Of a DNA stretch of 64,000 nt, positions 59,738 through 64,000 are shown in pieces; the first letter of the stretch is position 1, and each line of letters starts with the position of its first letter. This DNA comes from Amoebophrya sp. A120 (lineage: Eukaryota > Protista > Dinoflagellata). The stretch spans positions 3,568,169 to 3,632,168 of the forward strand of contig CAJINV010000006.1 in assembly GCA_905178155.1 (NCBI GenBank). Reading direction: 5' to 3'. The notes beneath the pieces were generated by a model that had not been told where the DNA came from, did not search any database, and saw only the letters and a program-made list of their open reading frames with translations. Made by a program: the position numbers and the translations under genes.

Positions 59738-60784
59738 TTTCTACTTGTTCAAGAAGAAGGCCCGCTTCTGATAAAAGAGGAGTTTGTTTCGTGTTTAGAA
59801 ATTTAGGAAATCATAATTCTGGGGGGATAATAAAAAAATGAAGATATATTATTGCACGAACAGAATAGAAATGTTGAATACTGTAAAAGATGGAGGGGGT
59901 ACAGCAATTAGAAATTCAAATAAGTTATCGGGGGTCGCGAATTAGAGAACGTGTCGGGCAAACAAGTGAATGATTACCCACCTGAGAAGATGATATTTGG
60001 TCGTCGTGGTAACAAGCTTCTGTAGAAGTTCTCGTTTTCTTCACTTCTAATCGTACCAGCCGACCAGTCAATGAGGACGACTTCAAAATTATTGTTTCCA
60101 AACAGCATCACGACGAGCAATAGTTGTGGACAAACACACGATACCGAGACTGACAGCCATCCAACAGAGAAGATAAGTACAACCTCCACATCAAACCGAA
60201 AAATATCCGCAGAAGCAAACGACGGCTCAAACCGATATTTTACGGGTACAAAGTGTGTTTTTGTCACTTTCATCTCTCAACCGATGGAGTCTTCTTCACG
60301 CCTGTGTTTCTGTAGTGCACTGCAGAGGCGTATGTAAACGAAGTCAGTCAGCTAACCTCACGAAAGCATGTAAAATTCTTCTTGAACGAGGAACGAAGGC
60401 AAGACCGACATATGGCATTTTCTTCTTCACGTACCTCTTGGAAACCGACATTTTGAGAAGTGCATGGCGCAAATAAAATCGACGCTTCTTTCACGTGGCG
60501 TGCGCTGCATCGCTGCGCCGGATAAAGCTACACAGTTGAAAAGTATCTATCTGACAAACCACAACGACGACCACATCAAGTCGTCTTTACGATCATACAC
60601 GCATCATGTCAGGGGTCCTCGCTGAGCAAATTAACTATCTGGACATTTCGATTTTCAACTTCTTCTAGGAATCTATGTCTATCGTGGTTGTACTTCGTTC
60701 TAGGAGGGTGCTCATTTTCATACACTTTTATTTTCTTTTTCACCTTCATCGACGTCTCATTGCAATACGGCTGAGCTTCAACAT

Positions 60785-63700
60785 CTACGTAAAAATCATG
60801 AAACTTTTGCAGCGTTGCAGTACCGCTACGTAATCTTGTTCTGTGTCAAAAAGAAACGAAGCCTCGTTAAATCGAGATTTTCTACAGCTCTTTCTTGTTT
60901 TTACTGCAGGACCGCCATCTTCATGTTCAGTTGCTCTCCTTGTAGTCAGACGGCAGAGCCCGCTGCCGGTTAGTCGCATCTCTAAACTTTCGCAGCATGA
61001 TCTCGTGTTCGCGTCTGGTGCCATCCCGTTCCCTGCACGACCACGAACTTCGTCATCCTGTCCGAGCAACAGCTTCCTAATTTTCTCCAAAGCAAAGTCC
61101 GCCCGGTGTTCCTTCACCTGCATCAACAGCTTGAGCAAAGTCTCCTGTGCGGAAGCTTGCTGGGCAGAAGTGGAGGTTGATGTTCCAGAGTTACTGTTCC
61201 CGCGACGCGCAAGCAGTTGCTCACTATTCCTTGACGTCACTGATGTAGCTTGCTGGAGGTGGTGCAGCTGCAGCACATCTCGAGTGCTTGCGGCTGTAGA
61301 AGCACTCTGACTCCAGGTAGTGGTGACATCATTCCCCTTCCCTGTTTCGACGCCGCCCACATTTATGCTGGGCCCGCTCATATGCAGGCCTCCGACAACT
61401 CCATGAGTTGCCGCTATTAATGACGCGTCGTCTACAATTCCAGTGCTAGTCGTTGTCCTCGTCGAAATCTTCATTCGCCCGTCGTGTAACTGCGTCAAGA
61501 CCATGCTCCGATGCGTCAAGGGGAAGACCAGATGGAGCTCGGAATTTTCGATGCGCAAAACCACCCTCTCTCGGGTTGCGTTCAGCGAAGAAATCGTCAC
61601 CCGGCAGCAGACACCGTACTCGGAAGAGACGACGAGGCGGGATCTGGGATGAACAAGAGGATGGCGATGGAGGCGGTCGTGCAGCTGGTGCAGATGATCA
61701 CGGCCTCCTCCTCGTGGTACATCAGTTCCTTCCTGATGTTGCTCCTGCATTTGAACTGCCATTGTCGAGTCCTCGTCAATTTGCGGCAGGTGCGGTTTTC
61801 TGTTCCAGTCTACTGCCTGATTGTTCATGACCCCGAGGGAAGATGCGCGCAGCTGCACGCTCGTTGTATCATCTACATGAAGACCAAGAGCGTCTTCTCG
61901 TGTTGCATCCTCTCGCTGTTCACCTCCCGCAGCGTCTCTCACCAGATCGAGGAAGGCGTTCAGAAAAATTTCCAAAATTTCCATCCGGTTGTCCGCAAAC
62001 TCGCGTAGGTCCGCTGTTCTGACGGCTGGAACGACGAAAATGGAGAGAGCAAGAAGGAGAGCTGATGCAGCGAGGAATCCTTGGAAGTAGGCGGAAGTAG
62101 TGCTAGTTGTGGTTGAAAGACGAGGGTTGACGATATGAGCCTCGAAGAGGATGAAGAAAACGACCACCAACACAAGGACGAAGATGCTAGCCAAACCGGT
62201 TTTTCCTTTCCAGCACACCGGCGTGTAGTTACATGCTGGCAGCCGTGTTCTAGCCGCCATCAAATTGGTGTAGTCATCATCGTCCCCCCCGTTCAGCGGC
62301 AAGAGCAAAAGTCTCTGCTCCCGCAGCGGTGCAATTTCATCACGTGCTGGTTGCCATGGGCGGGATTGGAACAACTCATCCTCGTAGTGCTGATCAAATA
62401 CTTCTAGTCCTGCCTCGTCATGATCCTCTTCGTCGCCAATGTCCAAGTCTTTTGTCCTACTTTTGAAACCACGATCAGAGGCAGAGGAAGGGCCGTTTTT
62501 CTGCGTCAGCAAGGTTTGCACAAAGGTGGAAATGTACATGTGTTGAGCAGTAGACGATGTAGCCAACGTCGATGGTCCTGCTGAAAAATCTTGCTTGTGT
62601 TGCGCCGACGGCTCAACAACAATGTCAAGCTGCTGTCTGCGATGAAATTCGCTGGCATCCCCAAAGCGAGAAGCTCCGGCTCCTGAAGATTTCGTTCTCG
62701 CGCTGTTCGTCTTCCTAGTCTTGATACTACTTTCCAAAACCCGCAGCGACACCACATCGCAGACACTCGCGGTTTCCTGCAACCAATAGAACGCTCGCCA
62801 TTGCTGGAGCAACACCGTGGACGCTGCGATTATGAGGAGCAGGCAGGAAAATCGCACGGAGAATTTCGCAGAGAGCTGTCGTTGCTCGAATTCACTGTCG
62901 CCGTAATTATCAACCAGGACATCGAGGAAAAGAAACCCAACAGCACCGAAAATCGCAATCGAAAATCCAACCACCCCGGCCTTCCCGTACCAACGGACTG
63001 GCTTTGCAACGGTTTGTGCGTAGATTCCGAAGAACTCGCGTAAAACCTGCTGTGGTGAATGATCTGCACCATTGCCGCTTGTTTTCTGGTACTGGTGTTG
63101 CTGCAGCGTTGTAGTTGTTCCAAGCCGTGGAAGTTCGATAGCGAAGGGTGACAGCTGCTTTTCCAGAATTCTCTCGCGCTGCTGCTGAAAAGAATTGGTC
63201 TTTGATGCCGAAGCGGAATCGACATGAGCAGCTTCTACTTGTTCTCTCCCAGTCAATTTTTGCTCTCGAAGACGTTGAAGTAGCTGGTCTTCTGGTCCTA
63301 CTTGTAGTTGTGCGTGCCGCCGCAGCGCACCCTCTTCATCTTCCAGCGCCAAAAAATCATCTCCCTCAGCCACCGAACGAATCTGGTCTGCTTTCGCAGC
63401 AATGACCTCTTTCATTCGCAGGAGATTGGCCGAAGTGGTGAACCGCACGTCAGACTCGTGAATGCTAGGCGGGACCACGACGTGATCGACGGAGGGTGCT
63501 GCAGTATAATCCCGTCCCTCTACAACTGCAGGAGCCAAAGGAACCGAAGATGGAACTTGCGGTTGCTGTGATGTTCTGGTCGACGCAGCCTTGTTCCGCG
63601 TTAGTTGTTTCTCCGGCGACGACGTCGACGCGCCAGCTGCGTCGGACTTCGTGTTGCGGGCTGCGTCATTCGACTTCACTTTTTTCCTGTCGTTCCCCAT

Positions 63701-64000
63701 ACTTCCTTCACGTTCACCACGATGTGCTGTGCGATTTAGCAGGTTGCCGCGTGGTGCAGGTTCTTGTTTTCCCGCGCCCTGTTGCAGCAATTCCGCATAC
63801 ATCAACTTCCGCCTTGCGTAGTACTCCTCTCTCGACATGCCCCGCAACGAATACGTACTGGAAGCCGCGGAGGATTTGCTGCCGGCTAATATTCCGCCAG
63901 GACCACCAGGAGGTGGCACGCTTGCAGTTCTCCTGCTCTTGCCTTCGCGGAGGACAGATGAAAAGTCTTCACTTGCAGCGAGATGAGGCTCTAGTAGTAC
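60785..64000 (-). CDS. Large multi-pass membrane protein, intronless in window, 5' end beyond window
   Basis: More than 1044 codons; frame stays open to 64000; four hydrophobic segments in two pairs; no domain recognised. Confidence 0.75.
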   Translation of the reverse strand, partial: VLLEPHLAASEDFSSVLREGKSRRTASVPPPGGPGGILAGSKSSAASSTYSLRGMSREEYYARRKLMYAELLQQGAGKQEPAPRGNLLNRTAHRGEREGSMGNDRKKVKSNDAARNTKSDAAGASTSSPEKQLTRNKAASTRTSQQPQVPSSVPLAPAVVEGRDYTAAPSVDHVVVPPSIHESDVRFTTSANLLRMKEVIAAKADQIRSVAEGDDFLALEDEEGALRRHAQLQVGPEDQLLQRLREQKLTGREQVEAAHVDSASASKTNSFQQQRERILEKQLSPFAIELPRLGTTTTLQQHQYQKTSGNGADHSPQQVLREFFGIYAQTVAKPVRWYGKAGVVGFSIAIFGAVGFLFLDVLVDNYGDSEFEQRQLSAKFSVRFSCLLLIIAASTVLLQQWRAFYWLQETASVCDVVSLRVLESSIKTRKTNSARTKSSGAGASRFGDASEFHRRQQLDIVVEPSAQHKQDFSAGPSTLATSSTAQHMYISTFVQTLLTQKNGPSSASDRGFKSRTKDLDIGDEEDHDEAGLEVFDQHYEDELFQSRPWQPARDEIAPLREQRLLLLPLNGGDDDDYTNLMAARTRLPACNYTPVCWKGKTGLASIFVLVLVVVFFILFEAHIVNPRLSTTTSTTSAYFQGFLAASALLLALSIFVVPAVRTADLREFADNRMEILEIFLNAFLDLVRDAAGGEQREDATREDALGLHVDDTTSVQLRASSLGVMNNQAVDWNRKPHLPQIDEDSTMAVQMQEQHQEGTDVPRGGGRDHLHQLHDRLHRHPLVHPRSRLVVSSEYGVCCRVTISSLNATRERVVLRIENSELHLVFPLTHRSMVLTQLHDGRMKISTRTTTSTGIVDDASLIAATHGVVGGLHMSGPSINVGGVETGKGNDVTTTWSQSASTAASTRDVLQLHHLQQATSVTSRNSEQLLARRGNSNSGTSTSTSAQQASAQETLLKLLMQVKEHRADFALEKIRKLLLGQDDEVRGRAGNGMAPDANTRSCCESLEMRLTGSGLCRLTTRRATEHEDGGPAVKTRKSCRKSRFNEASFLFDTEQDYVAVLQRCKSFMIFT

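Noticed and set aside
1-64000. tRNA, rRNA or dinoflagellate spliced-leader relics
   Set aside because: None recognised by eye; tRNAscan-SE, Infernal and an SL motif search would be needed to exclude them.

Overview
Eukaryotic genomic DNA, most likely an alveolate of the Amoebophrya/Syndiniales type (inferred from genome architecture only). All ~14 recognisable genes lie on the minus strand. The dominant signal is about 49 short (109-321 bp; two expanded to ~1 kb) non-coding elements in ~10 families. Almost all begin TAT and end ATA, carry terminal inverted repeats (TIRs), sit between 5-bp direct repeats (DRs; 30 of 49 perfect by my manual reading) and share an internal GCATNACAAA motif. Nearly all interrupt coding exons, and removing the element plus one DR restores the frame, so they behave as transposon-like non-canonical introns (introners). 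Reconstructed genes: a signal-peptide tandem kinase/pseudokinase, a RAD51 paralog, a thrombospondin-repeat protein, VPS25, a ~21-intron conserved hypothetical gene, two tandem TMBIM/Bax-inhibitor-1 paralogs with no shared introns, and several Cys-rich membrane or low-complexity proteins. Also present are a 1.27-kb TIR element, a 223-bp hairpin MITE and a GC-rich degenerate satellite. All coordinates were read by eye; splice points inside the DRs are ambiguous without cDNA.
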